A stretch of DNA of 64,000 nt from a bacterium. GTDB taxonomy: Bacteria > CLD3 > SB21. The stretch spans positions 13,277 through 77,276 of the forward strand of contig JAIBAF010000011.1 in NCBI GenBank assembly GCA_019695335.1, in the 5' to 3' direction. Both the position numbers and the translations under genes were made by a program. The first letter of the stretch is position 1. The number at the start of each line of letters is the position of its first letter. This document shows, in pieces, positions 43,613 to 53,175 of this stretch. Below the pieces are notes generated by a model, which was given only the letters and a program-made list of their open reading frames with translations, made no database searches and had not been told where the DNA came from.

Positions 43613-46402
43613 TTATTTCTTTTCAAAAAACTCATCCAGGGCGGCTGTCAATTCTTTTTCATTCGGCATCATATAGGTACTCGTTGGAAGAGAGCCTGTG
43701 AAGGTCGTTCCGTAGCCTTTGGTTGAAACACGATTGTCCATAATTAATACAACACCGCGATCAGTTTTACTACGAATCAGGCGACCAAAGCCTTGGCGAA
43801 ATTTGATCACTGCTTCCGGAACAGAATAATCGAAAAAGGGTTTACCGCCATTTCGTTCGATGCGCTCCATCTTCGCCGCTACCAAAGGGTCGCTCGGCAC
43901 TTCAAACGGCAATTTCGTAATAACCAGCAATTCCAGCGCATCGCCGGGAACGTCCACCCCTTCCCAGAAACTGTCTGTTCCCAACAAAACCGACGTCCGA
44001 TCTTTGCGAAAGCGTTCAGCAAGCGCCGTTCTCGAGCCGTCACGGCCTTGCATCAGTAACGTAATATTGTCATTAGCCAGGCTTTCTTTCAATTGTTTGT
44101 AGCTGTCACGCATCATCGCATACGACGTAAAAAGAATCAGCGCACCGCGCCGGTACCGCCTGATTATTCTGGACAACACTTCATTACAATGTAAGCTAAA
44201 TGAAGCATGTGTCGGATCCGGCATAAACGCCAATGCCAGAGAAAGACATTGCTCTTCAAAGTTAAATGGCGATCCGACCGAAAATTCACACAACTTAGTA
44301 TCCGGGAATGATTCGAGGCCTACCCGGCTTTTGTAATAATTAAAACTTCCTGATACGGACAACGTCGCCGAAGAAAACACACAGGTGTGAAGCTTATTGA
44401 ACAATACCGTCTGCAGAATATCCCCGATATTCAGCGGAACGCCGTAAAAACGTAAATCATACGATTTTTCTCGCATAGGCAATTCGCACCAATAGACGAA
44501 ATTTTTTTGTTCGGCCTTCGCCAATTGCTCAAACGTTGTCATCAGCGTGGCCACTTCCTGTAATCTTAACATCAATAGCTGGCGCATTTCATCCGCTTCT
44601 TCAAATACATCCGATTGCCAATCCTTCATTGTATCCACAAGTATTGCAAGTTGGTTTGACACTTCTGCAGCGGCTTCAATAAATTCGGTACGTTCATTAC
44701 ATTCCTTTTTCAACAGACTGGATTCAAGGGTGTACCGGTGCTTTGTAAAATACATTTCTTTGCCGGGTTGTTTGTTGGTCCATTCGTACGCATCAAGCGT
44801 CATCCGCTGAAGATACGTCTGTGTTTTGGCCCACCAGCGTCCGCATGTATCCGAAGCCGCTGTCAGTAAATTCATAAATTGTCGGGACTCGCCAGCCGAT
44901 AATTTGGATTGCTTGAGCTTTTGACGAATTCGAATAAACAAACCGGTTTCAAATTGATCGCGCTCATACAAAGTGGACAACATATTTTTTACAGCCCACA
45001 TTGAAAATTCAAGCCCCAGATAGGATTGTGCCGTGCGCTCAAGATGATGCGCTTCATCAATGATCAGGTTCGGATAATCGCCGAGAATGGAGTTTTCAGT
45101 CACCAGATCCGAGAACAGCAATGAATGATTCACGACGGTAACGTGCGCTTTCCTGGACTCTTCGCGGATTTTTTTGACAAAACACTCCTCACTGCTGTTA
45201 CATTTTTGTGCCTGGCAATACACGCTTTCCGACGCTAGTTTGTGCCACAAAGCCAGATTCTCTTCAAAGGAAAATCCGGTACATTCACTGATATCACCGG
45301 TCTGCGTTTGTTGTGACCAGAAAACGAGTGGCACAACTTTCTCACGTTCGGACGGCGTCAGAAACGAGCCAGGATCGTTGAGAATTTCTTTCCACTTTTT
45401 CATACAGAGATAATTGCTCCGGCCTTTCAATAAAACCGCGCGGAAATTAACCGGCAAAATTTGATTAAGAAGCGGGATATCTTTATAGAAAAGCTGGTCC
45501 TGCAAATTTTTGGTGTGTGTGCTGACGACGGCCGATTCACCGAATAGCTTGTTTTTTGCCGTCCACAGTGCCGCCGGAACCAGATACGCCAGCGACTTGC
45601 CTGTTCCTGTTCCCGCTTCAGCTAAAATAAAATTCGACTGATTGAATGCCTCATTGATTTCCAAAGCCAATCGGATCTGTTCCTCACGTTCTTCATAGGC
45701 GTCAAAATGAGCGTTCAGGTAACCGCCGCCGGCAAAAATTTTTTCGACCATTTGCCGGCCTACAGGTTCGACTGTATCCGAAGACACTGGATTCGCCGAT
45801 TCGCCGACCACATTCGACGGCGCAGGCGGCGGCGTTACACGCGGATAATGAAACGTGACTTCCGGAGCGTCCTTGGCAAATGCCGCCGCATCCGCAAAAA
45901 GTTTCTTCAACTCCTCCCGTGGTGTTGCTTCCAGCAAGCGTCCAAGCGTTGTGACTGTTTTGAGAGGCATTCGTACCAGGTGCTCTAATATCCTTAGGAA
46001 AATAACTGGTAACGCTGCGTCGATCGAACCTTCGCCTTGAAGATAAAACCGGTGAAGTGAAGGAAGCGAAACGTCGCCAAGCAAAGGAAAAAACATTCCC
46101 GTTAATTCGCTTACATCCCATATTTCCTGTTGCATCAAAAGCGCCTGATCGGCCGATCCCTCCCCCAACACAAAAAATGTGTTTTCCTTTTGGCACATCA
46201 CCCAAGGACAATCGCTATAATTCTGCATTATTTCTTTGGCTAATTTATCCCGGTTCGACGGCGATATTTTTCCCGATAAAACTTCTGATATTTCATATAA
46301 TTTGCATGATACAACGCTTATCCGAAAGTCATCAGGCTCCTGTTGCCAAACACTAATGGCATAAAACCTGTCAAATCCCGTAAGATTAAAAAAATTTTCC
46401 AT
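43613..46402 (-). CDS. dinG: DinG/Rad3-family ATP-dependent DNA helicase with an uncharacterised ~250-aa N-terminal domain
   Basis: Walker A AEAGTGTGKSLAY, DEAH box IIDEAHHLE, and Fe-S Cys in the helicase core. The N-terminal domain lacks DnaQ exonuclease catalytic motifs. Confidence 0.75.
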   Translation of the reverse strand: MENFFNLTGFDRFYAISVWQQEPDDFRISVVSCKLYEISEVLSGKISPSNRDKLAKEIMQNYSDCPWVMCQKENTFFVLGEGSADQALLMQQEIWDVSELTGMFFPLLGDVSLPSLHRFYLQGEGSIDAALPVIFLRILEHLVRMPLKTVTTLGRLLEATPREELKKLFADAAAFAKDAPEVTFHYPRVTPPPAPSNVVGESANPVSSDTVEPVGRQMVEKIFAGGGYLNAHFDAYEEREEQIRLALEINEAFNQSNFILAEAGTGTGKSLAYLVPAALWTAKNKLFGESAVVSTHTKNLQDQLFYKDIPLLNQILPVNFRAVLLKGRSNYLCMKKWKEILNDPGSFLTPSEREKVVPLVFWSQQTQTGDISECTGFSFEENLALWHKLASESVYCQAQKCNSSEECFVKKIREESRKAHVTVVNHSLLFSDLVTENSILGDYPNLIIDEAHHLERTAQSYLGLEFSMWAVKNMLSTLYERDQFETGLFIRIRQKLKQSKLSAGESRQFMNLLTAASDTCGRWWAKTQTYLQRMTLDAYEWTNKQPGKEMYFTKHRYTLESSLLKKECNERTEFIEAAAEVSNQLAILVDTMKDWQSDVFEEADEMRQLLMLRLQEVATLMTTFEQLAKAEQKNFVYWCELPMREKSYDLRFYGVPLNIGDILQTVLFNKLHTCVFSSATLSVSGSFNYYKSRVGLESFPDTKLCEFSVGSPFNFEEQCLSLALAFMPDPTHASFSLHCNEVLSRIIRRYRRGALILFTSYAMMRDSYKQLKESLANDNITLLMQGRDGSRTALAERFRKDRTSVLLGTDSFWEGVDVPGDALELLVITKLPFEVPSDPLVAAKMERIERNGGKPFFDYSVPEAVIKFRQGFGRLIRSKTDRGVVLIMDNRVSTKGYGTTFTGSLPTSTYMMPNEKELTAALDEFFEKK

Positions 46403-46662
46403 GAGAGTTTTTTATTTTAGAAAGCTCTACAGAGCCCTTTAAATACGGATTTATTGATATGAATCATTTTGAGGCAAAACTACAATAGCTGACTCGTTTT
46501 TTACACAACTGAATTTAAAAACTTGCAGTCACATATTTATTCAAATTTAAAAAAACCAATGAATTAAAAAAATGTAATTTTCTCGGAAACATGGGCACGG
46601 AAATTGATTCATTTAGTAATCGTTACTTTAGATAACGCAATTTAAAAAAAGCGGGAGGTTTT

Positions 46663-46884
46663 ATGAAAGCTTTGACTACGAATCAGCATCGCGTAATATT
46701 CAGTATTCCTTCGCGCGATACGAAACAGGTTCTCGAAGCGAAATTCAAACTGTCCCCTTTTGGCTATGCATACGGAAACTTTCACAATGTGCATTATTGG
46801 AGTTTCCCGGCAGAACTTGAGAATCAATGCCGCAATATTTTGGAAACAGTATTTCCCAAAAACATGATCAGCCGAATTAACTAG
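46663..46884 (+). CDS. Small hypothetical protein (73 aa)
   Basis: Good RBS (GCGGGAGG, 7 nt before ATG) and a downstream hairpin terminator. No known domain. Confidence 0.4.
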   Translation: MKALTTNQHRVIFSIPSRDTKQVLEAKFKLSPFGYAYGNFHNVHYWSFPAELENQCRNILETVFPKNMISRIN

Positions 46885-46934
46885 TAATCGCTACAGCAGG
46901 ATGCTGTATTGAAATAAAAGCCTCATCCTCCTTC

Positions 46935-46985
46935 TAATTAAACCCGCATTGCCCAGTGTGTTAGCGATGCGGGTCCTCTTTTTTT
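46935..46985 (+). terminator. Rho-independent terminator
   Basis: CCCGCAT...ATGCGGG hairpin followed by a T-run. Confidence 0.45.
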
Positions 46986-47045
46986 AATGTCAAAATCGTC
47001 AGAATTATTTAATATTCGTGCTTGGATCGAAATCTTGTTTGAAAA

Positions 47046-48269
47046 CTATTTTTCAAAATACCGGATCATCAAATTACTCAATAATTCCACAGCATAACCT
47101 ATCACTCGTTCATCCACATTGAATTTTGGGCTATGCAACGGATACGACGTGGCTTCGCCGGACGCAATACCGAGCCTAAGGAAATAAATCGGACACTTTT
47201 CGCGATAATACGCAAAATCTTCACTCGCCGTCATTGGATGTTCTAAACGAACAATACTTTCTTCTCCAAAAACTTCGGCAATTGTTTCTTCAACCAACAA
47301 ACCTAAACGTTCATCATTAATGACCGGTGGTGCATTGGGCGTGATACGAACTTCACATTCCGCGCCATGTGCACGGCTAATGCTCACTGCCGTCTCTTCA
47401 ACTAATTGGCGCAGTTGAACGCGCACAGCATCATCGAACGTACGGAAAGTACCGGCAAATGTGCACGACGCCGGAATAACATTGGCCTGATGTCCGCCGT
47501 TGATTTTACAGATCGAGATCACGGACGGTTGTTCCAGCGCACTGAATCGCCGGCTATGCATTTGGTAAAGCGCATTCATGACTTGTGATGTGACAAAAAG
47601 CGTATCGACGGTTTGATGCGGCCGCGCACCATGACCGCCAGGCCCGCGGACTGTGATCTCAAAAAAATCGATCGATGCCATCATTGCGCCAGCGCGGACG
47701 CCGAATTTTCCTACTGGAAGCGACGGGTCGACGTGAATACCGAACATCGCTTCGACATCGTCGATGAACCCTTCGCGAATTACCATTTCCGCGCCGCCAC
47801 GGTCCGCTTCTTCCGCAGGCTGGTAAATGCATTTCACGTTTCCCGGCAGATTATCACGCAATGCATGTAATATTACATTCGTACCGGCAACAACGGAGGT
47901 GTGCACATCATGCCCGCACGCATGCATCACGCCGGGATGGCGGCTTGCGAAGGGCGAACCCGTTTCTTCGGTAATTTGCAGTGCATCCAGATCACAGCGC
48001 AACCCGATCGTACGATTTACGCGGCCTTTGTTTTGAGTGACCAAACCGGTTACAGCTGCGCCAGCTTGCACCGCAATTCCTTCACGTTGAAGAAATTCGG
48101 CCACATACTGTGATGTCTTGAATTCTTTATGGCTCAATTCAGGAAATGAATGCAAATGCCGCCGTAAAGCGATCCACTCATCCTGCCGTTTTTTGACCCA
48201 ATCGTGAATTGCCGTTGATTTCATATTGACAATTGCAAATAACAGTATTTTTTCTTTACTTTTAACCAA
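47046..48269 (-). CDS. M20D family amidohydrolase (N-acyl-L-amino acid amidohydrolase / hippurate hydrolase-like)
   Basis: Metal-binding motifs MHACGHD and HTS, with the M20 dimerisation domain. Confidence 0.85.
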   Translation of the reverse strand: MVKSKEKILLFAIVNMKSTAIHDWVKKRQDEWIALRRHLHSFPELSHKEFKTSQYVAEFLQREGIAVQAGAAVTGLVTQNKGRVNRTIGLRCDLDALQITEETGSPFASRHPGVMHACGHDVHTSVVAGTNVILHALRDNLPGNVKCIYQPAEEADRGGAEMVIREGFIDDVEAMFGIHVDPSLPVGKFGVRAGAMMASIDFFEITVRGPGGHGARPHQTVDTLFVTSQVMNALYQMHSRRFSALEQPSVISICKINGGHQANVIPASCTFAGTFRTFDDAVRVQLRQLVEETAVSISRAHGAECEVRITPNAPPVINDERLGLLVEETIAEVFGEESIVRLEHPMTASEDFAYYREKCPIYFLRLGIASGEATSYPLHSPKFNVDERVIGYAVELLSNLMIRYFEK

Positions 48270-48298
48270 GAAACTTTGAATCTCAACTACCCAACGTT

Positions 48299-48553
48299 AT
48301 GGACATTGAATCCAAAGAAAAATCGATCACAATGGCGCGGGAAATCGAAGAAGCCATGGAGACCCTGGATATAGCGCTGGTCGATGGCGCAGAAGACCGT
48401 GAAATCATCGAGGCCAAAAATGTCGTTGCCGGCGTCCTCCGCAGTTATAAAATCTTCATGGAAAGTTTCAGCGGCGCGGAAAAAGACGAAGCACATAAAC
48501 TTTTTGCCAAGAAAATTGACGCCATGGCTCACAAAGCCAAACAACTGAAATAA
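48299..48553 (+). CDS. Small helical hypothetical protein (84 aa)
   Basis: Fills the gap between convergent genes with a charged helical composition. No homology recognised. Confidence 0.35.
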   Translation: MDIESKEKSITMAREIEEAMETLDIALVDGAEDREIIEAKNVVAGVLRSYKIFMESFSGAEKDEAHKLFAKKIDAMAHKAKQLK

Positions 48554-48997
48554 CTAACTGCCGAATTCTTTTTTCAATTCATCGTCGTATTGATCGGCGT
48601 ACCATCCAACGCGGTCAAACATCGCTCGACACTCGGCGGCATCCATTCCCGCACATTCCCGTAAAATTCTCAGCCATACCCACCCCTGATTGATCGAAAA
48701 ACTCGCCGCATACATATCATGATTCAGTTTCAATAATTTTTCGTACAATCCAGCCGTATTCGCAGTCACGATTTTCATGATCGGTGACGCGACACAACAA
48801 TAAGCGTAACCATCCTGCGTCGTGTACACATCGACATAAATATTCGCAGACCCTTTAACTAAATTCCACTGCCCGGGCGTCACAGCACCGTTCTGATCCT
48901 TGACACGACAGACGTCAGGCGCAACGCCTAAACCGGAAATAACTTGTTCGATAATCGCATAATAGCCTTGCAAATCGCTTGAACCGGGACCTGACAT
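48554..48997 (-). CDS. YbjN-domain protein (putative sensory-transduction regulator / chaperone-like)
   Basis: 147 aa. Pattern consistent with the YbjN family (low certainty). Confidence 0.5.
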   Translation of the reverse strand: MSGPGSSDLQGYYAIIEQVISGLGVAPDVCRVKDQNGAVTPGQWNLVKGSANIYVDVYTTQDGYAYCCVASPIMKIVTANTAGLYEKLLKLNHDMYAASFSINQGWVWLRILRECAGMDAAECRAMFDRVGWYADQYDDELKKEFGS

Positions 48998-49011
48998 AAC
49001 GCCTCCTTTTT

Positions 49012-49896
49012 TTATGAGTTAAAAACCTGTTCGAATCCTTCTTCAATAGTTTGAATTCGGGTTTTGAGAATCGATTTTGCTTTGTCGGTATTCAATGAAA
49101 CATCCGCCGGCCGGCGCGCTCTACTTTTTATTGCCGACATTGGCTGCGATGATAAGGTTTTGGCATTGACGCCGAGAAATTTAGCGAGGCGCTTGCCGAA
49201 ATCTAACCGGCTGATCCGCTCCGGCCCGCCAAGATGCAATAGACCGGTCTGCTCACCTTCCGCTAGTTCGAGCAGACATGCTGCGGCATTGGAAACATTC
49301 ATCATGGTTCTGAACTGATCGCTGAAAAGGACGATGGGTTGTTTGTTTTTAATCGATGTAACCATCTGATCAAAAAAAATCTGACGTAAATTTAAATTAA
49401 AACCGTATAAAAGACTGATTCGCACGTTCAACAATCGTCCCATGCGTTCGTTCACAATTTGCTCGGCTTCAGCTTTTGTATCACCGTAAAAACTAACCGG
49501 ATTGAATGTATCGTCTTCAAAATAATTGCCCTTCTCACCGTCAAACACCAGATCGCTTGAAGTAAAAATCATACGAATCTGATGCGCATGCGAATAATCG
49601 GCTATTTCCTTGGTAGTTTCGACGTTGATTTGCCACGCATCCAATTTTTTGGATTCACACGCATCGGGCGACGTCATCGCGAGCGTATGAATAACGCAGT
49701 CCGGTTTGATTTTTTCCAGAATCGGACTAATCGAATTGCGCGCATCCATGTAATGCCAGAAAATTTTATGAAAATTCGGATTCAACGTACAGTAGGTCGA
49801 ATGAATTTCATCCCACCGTCCATCAGCGTCGGCCATTCTAACCAGATGACTGCCCAGTGTTCCAGTTCCGCCAGTAATCAATAATCGCCCAGGCAT
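49012..49896 (-). CDS. SDR-family NAD(P)-dependent sugar-nucleotide epimerase/reductase (RmlD-like)
   Basis: N-terminal LLITGGTGTLGSHL Rossmann motif. 294 aa. Confidence 0.7.
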   Translation of the reverse strand: MPGRLLITGGTGTLGSHLVRMADADGRWDEIHSTYCTLNPNFHKIFWHYMDARNSISPILEKIKPDCVIHTLAMTSPDACESKKLDAWQINVETTKEIADYSHAHQIRMIFTSSDLVFDGEKGNYFEDDTFNPVSFYGDTKAEAEQIVNERMGRLLNVRISLLYGFNLNLRQIFFDQMVTSIKNKQPIVLFSDQFRTMMNVSNAAACLLELAEGEQTGLLHLGGPERISRLDFGKRLAKFLGVNAKTLSSQPMSAIKSRARRPADVSLNTDKAKSILKTRIQTIEEGFEQVFNS

Positions 49897-49897
49897 A

Positions 49898-50701
49898 TCA
49901 ACTCGTCCATTGGTTACGTTGTTGACGACGAACGAATCCCGGGAACGACTGTTTTAGCCACGTCTCGGCTTCATTCATGAAAGGGTATGCTTCTTCCATT
50001 TTTTTGAATGCTTTGGTATGAATCACATGGCGTCCTTTTTTGAATTCGACAGGATTCAGATGGTGTAACATTTCATGATAAACTATCGATTCGATGACAA
50101 AAGGCGGAACCGATCTATGATCCAAAGCTGCGCTTAATACGATCGCTTTAGCCGATCCGTCGTAATGACCGAGTCGCCGAATGGCTTTCTTATGGCTCCA
50201 GCCAATATTAACATCCTTGAACCCTTCCACCGAAAAATATGTGTTGATCAATCCGTCCATTATCGCCTGTAAGTCATATACGCTCCCTTTGGGAGGTCGA
50301 ATAATTTTTTTAGAACCGTCTTGTCCTGAAGGAATTTGCTCCATTAGAGTCCGTTCACGTTCCCGGTATTTCTCCTGATAGTGAAGCGGACATTTTACAC
50401 TAAAAATTTTTGACCACAGAATATGTGCCAACGCTTCGAAAAAGTCAGCGCTTTCGCACCGCGACCATTCGCTAAGCCTGATGACTGCAAGATGATGATG
50501 AATACGTAGGGTATGCTTGAGACCGGAATACCGAAAAAAACAGATATGAAATTCTTTGACAATAATATCTTTCCGTGAACGACCTTTATAAAACCCATAA
50601 GTCTTCCGGAAAATTTCATGCAACGTGACTGAATCAACCTGCTCACTCACAGGCATTTCATTGACAATGGGATTTACTCTGAAGTCAAGAGCAAGTTGCA
50701 T
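49898..50701 (-). CDS. YgjP/DUF45-like zinc metallohydrolase (HExxH)
   Basis: C-terminal IVYHEMLHHLNPVEFKKGRHVIHTKAFKKMEEAYP matches the DUF45 pattern. The true start may be internal. Confidence 0.6.
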   Translation of the reverse strand: MQLALDFRVNPIVNEMPVSEQVDSVTLHEIFRKTYGFYKGRSRKDIIVKEFHICFFRYSGLKHTLRIHHHLAVIRLSEWSRCESADFFEALAHILWSKIFSVKCPLHYQEKYRERERTLMEQIPSGQDGSKKIIRPPKGSVYDLQAIMDGLINTYFSVEGFKDVNIGWSHKKAIRRLGHYDGSAKAIVLSAALDHRSVPPFVIESIVYHEMLHHLNPVEFKKGRHVIHTKAFKKMEEAYPFMNEAETWLKQSFPGFVRRQQRNQWTS

Positions 50702-50788
50702 GAATTTTTGTCATCGTTATGTCCATTTAACTTAAAGATAAAGCATTGAAAAATCAAGCCAAAAACTTGTTAAATCCAAAACACAGGT

Positions 50789-50805
50789 TGTATCATTGTG
50801 ATACA
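50789..50805. promoter_or_regulatory. Perfect 7-bp inverted repeat TGTATCA-ttg-TGATACA in an AT-rich divergent promoter region
   Basis: Read directly from the sequence. It lies ~90 nt upstream of the DUF45 gene start and upstream of the small membrane protein and MCP genes. Confidence 0.3.
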
Positions 50806-51031
50806 GTTAGTTTGTTACGAAACACACAATCAAACTAAAAACCAACTATGCAATTCAAATGCTTTCAATGTATTTATATATATTTCAATTATTTAGACTT
50901 AATTGGATTTTTATAAAAACTTGGCATTGGAATTGAAATGTTATAGTCAGCACCACATGAAATTCACTATGAACCAGATATGAGATTTTTCGATGGAAAG
51001 ACAAGCGGAACAGATCAATGTGGAGGAAATT

Positions 51032-51217
51032 ATGCGTAACAAAACATTATTACGAATTACCGGGTTCTTGTTATTAGGAGTCATTCTGACCAGCATCGGA
51101 TATATTTTTTATTCGCCGCATGTCCTGACGGGCAATACAGGAATTTTCTACCCGGTCGCTTTGTTCGCAACCTTACTCCTTGCATTTTATTTACTAATTC
51201 TTAGCACAAAGTCATGA
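51032..51217 (+). CDS. Small two-TM membrane protein
   Basis: ORF MRNKTLLRITGFLLLGVILTSIGYIF...ATLLLAFYLLILSTKS, followed by a hairpin terminator. Confidence 0.4.
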   Translation: MRNKTLLRITGFLLLGVILTSIGYIFYSPHVLTGNTGIFYPVALFATLLLAFYLLILSTKS

Positions 51218-51265
51218 TCTAAAATTATAAATGCCATTTAACTCTGTTAACCTTGCTCCTTACGG

Positions 51266-51300
51266 AAAACCCGATGCCTGATGCATCGGGTTTGTTTTTT
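51266..51300 (+). terminator. Rho-independent terminator
   Basis: CCCGATGC ctgat GCATCGGG followed by TTTGTTTTTT. Confidence 0.55.
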
Positions 51301-51387
51301 ATGTAAGGCTTTCGATTCTGTTCTTGCAAAAAGCGGCGTAAATAATTACTTTCAAAACATCCCGACGACCAACCTTTCCGGAGTGTC

Positions 51388-53175
51388 ATGATACGGAATA
51401 TCGCCGAACGTTTATCCTTTCAGCATTTTTTTAATACAAACCGTGCGACGTATTTTCCTTCGGCGTTTGCATATTCCCGCCTGACGCATGCGGCAGGTTT
51501 ATGCTTGTTTTTAGCTTTCTCCTCTTTATTCACAAGAGATTCAATCCATCCGGTCATTGACACACCGGTTATTCTGGGATTTATGGCTTACCTCGGGTTG
51601 ACGTTCTTGATTCACCGGAAAATGCTTTATACTGCACACAAAGCGATCTCATTAAAAAAACCTTCTCGTACTCAATTCGAAAAAGCTGGACGCGATCTGA
51701 TTGAATTTCCCCGACAATTGTTTATTATTGAATTCGTATTGTTTTCGGTATGTACCGTTTTACCGTCGATGATATGGGGATCATCCAATGAACTAACCAA
51801 CGATATATTTATTGCCGTTATTTTTACGATTGCGTTAGATTATCTGGTGATGGAACGTTACGTAACGCCGCCACTGATGGCATTGCGACATGAAGGATTC
51901 CCTATTGACCTATCACAAACGCTTTCGATCAAACATAAAATCCTCATGGTTTGTTTGCTGGCAACAGCCGTTTTAGCGGTCAACGCCTGGTCAAAAGCGG
52001 AGTTTCACCATGAACGGCTGCAAATTTTGATCATCCAGAAACCGGCAAAATTACCGCTGCTAACCGACCATGAAATTCGCCGGTTTTCGGGAGATCTGTT
52101 ACTCAGTACGCTTGGAATCTGCGCAGCTTTTTCACTGATCGTTTGGTTGATGGTGTACCGTTTTACGGGCGCTTTGTCGCGATTAGAAAAAACATTGGGC
52201 GCCGTCCATCAGGGACAATTCGGTGAAGTAACTGTTTCACTCACACCCGACGAAACCGGCTTGCTGAATAACCGGCTGGATGATGTCGTACAAATGATTC
52301 AGGATAAAATTAACCAATTGCAAACCCACAGCAGTGAAATGCACGCCGCATCCAATCTCATGGCGGATATTTCCTCCGAACAAAATCAATCGCTGGTTCG
52401 CCAATCGGCGTCGGTTACACAGACTTCTTCAACATTGAATGAACTTTTGGAATCGTCGAAACAAATCTCCGAAAGCGCCAGTTCGGTCGTCAACTTTGCA
52501 GAAGACACTGAAAAACACGCTACCAACGGTTTGACGAATATGAACAATACGGTTCAACTAATGTCGGCTGTCCGCGAGCAGAATCACGTCAGCGTATCGG
52601 ACATTATTCAACTGAGTGAAGCAATTCAGGAAATCGAGCAAGTATTGAATCTGATTATCAGTATTGCCGACGAAACGAATCTTATCGCATTGAATGCGGC
52701 TATCGAAGCAAGTTCAGCCGGCGAATATGGCAAGCGCTTCAAAGTCGTCGCCAACGAAGTACGCGGATTGTCAGACCGCGTGACCAAATCGATTCATAGT
52801 ATCAAGATGTTGACGGAAACAATTCAGGATGCCACATCGCGTTTGGTCGTTGCGTCACAAGAAAACTCCGAAAAAGTTGAAGACACGTATCAATCCGCTC
52901 AGATGACATACCAGTATTTTAGGGAAATTTCCGAGTGGGCAAAAAAATCAGCCGACGCCGCAAAACAAATTTACATCGCGATCCAGCAACAACGTATGGC
53001 CAATCAGCAAATTTCCGTTTCTTTTACCGATATTTCCAATGACATCGTTGAACTGGCCGCCGCCAGCGAACGTTATAAACAATACGCCGGTACGTTGAAA
53101 AAATTTTCGTCCAGTATGGAATCAGTCATGGCGTATTTTAATATTCAATCCAACGATAACGGCCTGCTCAAATGA
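51388..53175 (+). CDS. Methyl-accepting chemotaxis protein
   Basis: N-terminal TM helices, a HAMP-like linker, and the highly conserved signalling domain (ETNLIALNAAIEASSAGEYGKRFKVVANEVRGLSDR). Confidence 0.85.
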   Translation: MIRNIAERLSFQHFFNTNRATYFPSAFAYSRLTHAAGLCLFLAFSSLFTRDSIHPVIDTPVILGFMAYLGLTFLIHRKMLYTAHKAISLKKPSRTQFEKAGRDLIEFPRQLFIIEFVLFSVCTVLPSMIWGSSNELTNDIFIAVIFTIALDYLVMERYVTPPLMALRHEGFPIDLSQTLSIKHKILMVCLLATAVLAVNAWSKAEFHHERLQILIIQKPAKLPLLTDHEIRRFSGDLLLSTLGICAAFSLIVWLMVYRFTGALSRLEKTLGAVHQGQFGEVTVSLTPDETGLLNNRLDDVVQMIQDKINQLQTHSSEMHAASNLMADISSEQNQSLVRQSASVTQTSSTLNELLESSKQISESASSVVNFAEDTEKHATNGLTNMNNTVQLMSAVREQNHVSVSDIIQLSEAIQEIEQVLNLIISIADETNLIALNAAIEASSAGEYGKRFKVVANEVRGLSDRVTKSIHSIKMLTETIQDATSRLVVASQENSEKVEDTYQSAQMTYQYFREISEWAKKSADAAKQIYIAIQQQRMANQQISVSFTDISNDIVELAAASERYKQYAGTLKKFSSSMESVMAYFNIQSNDNGLLK

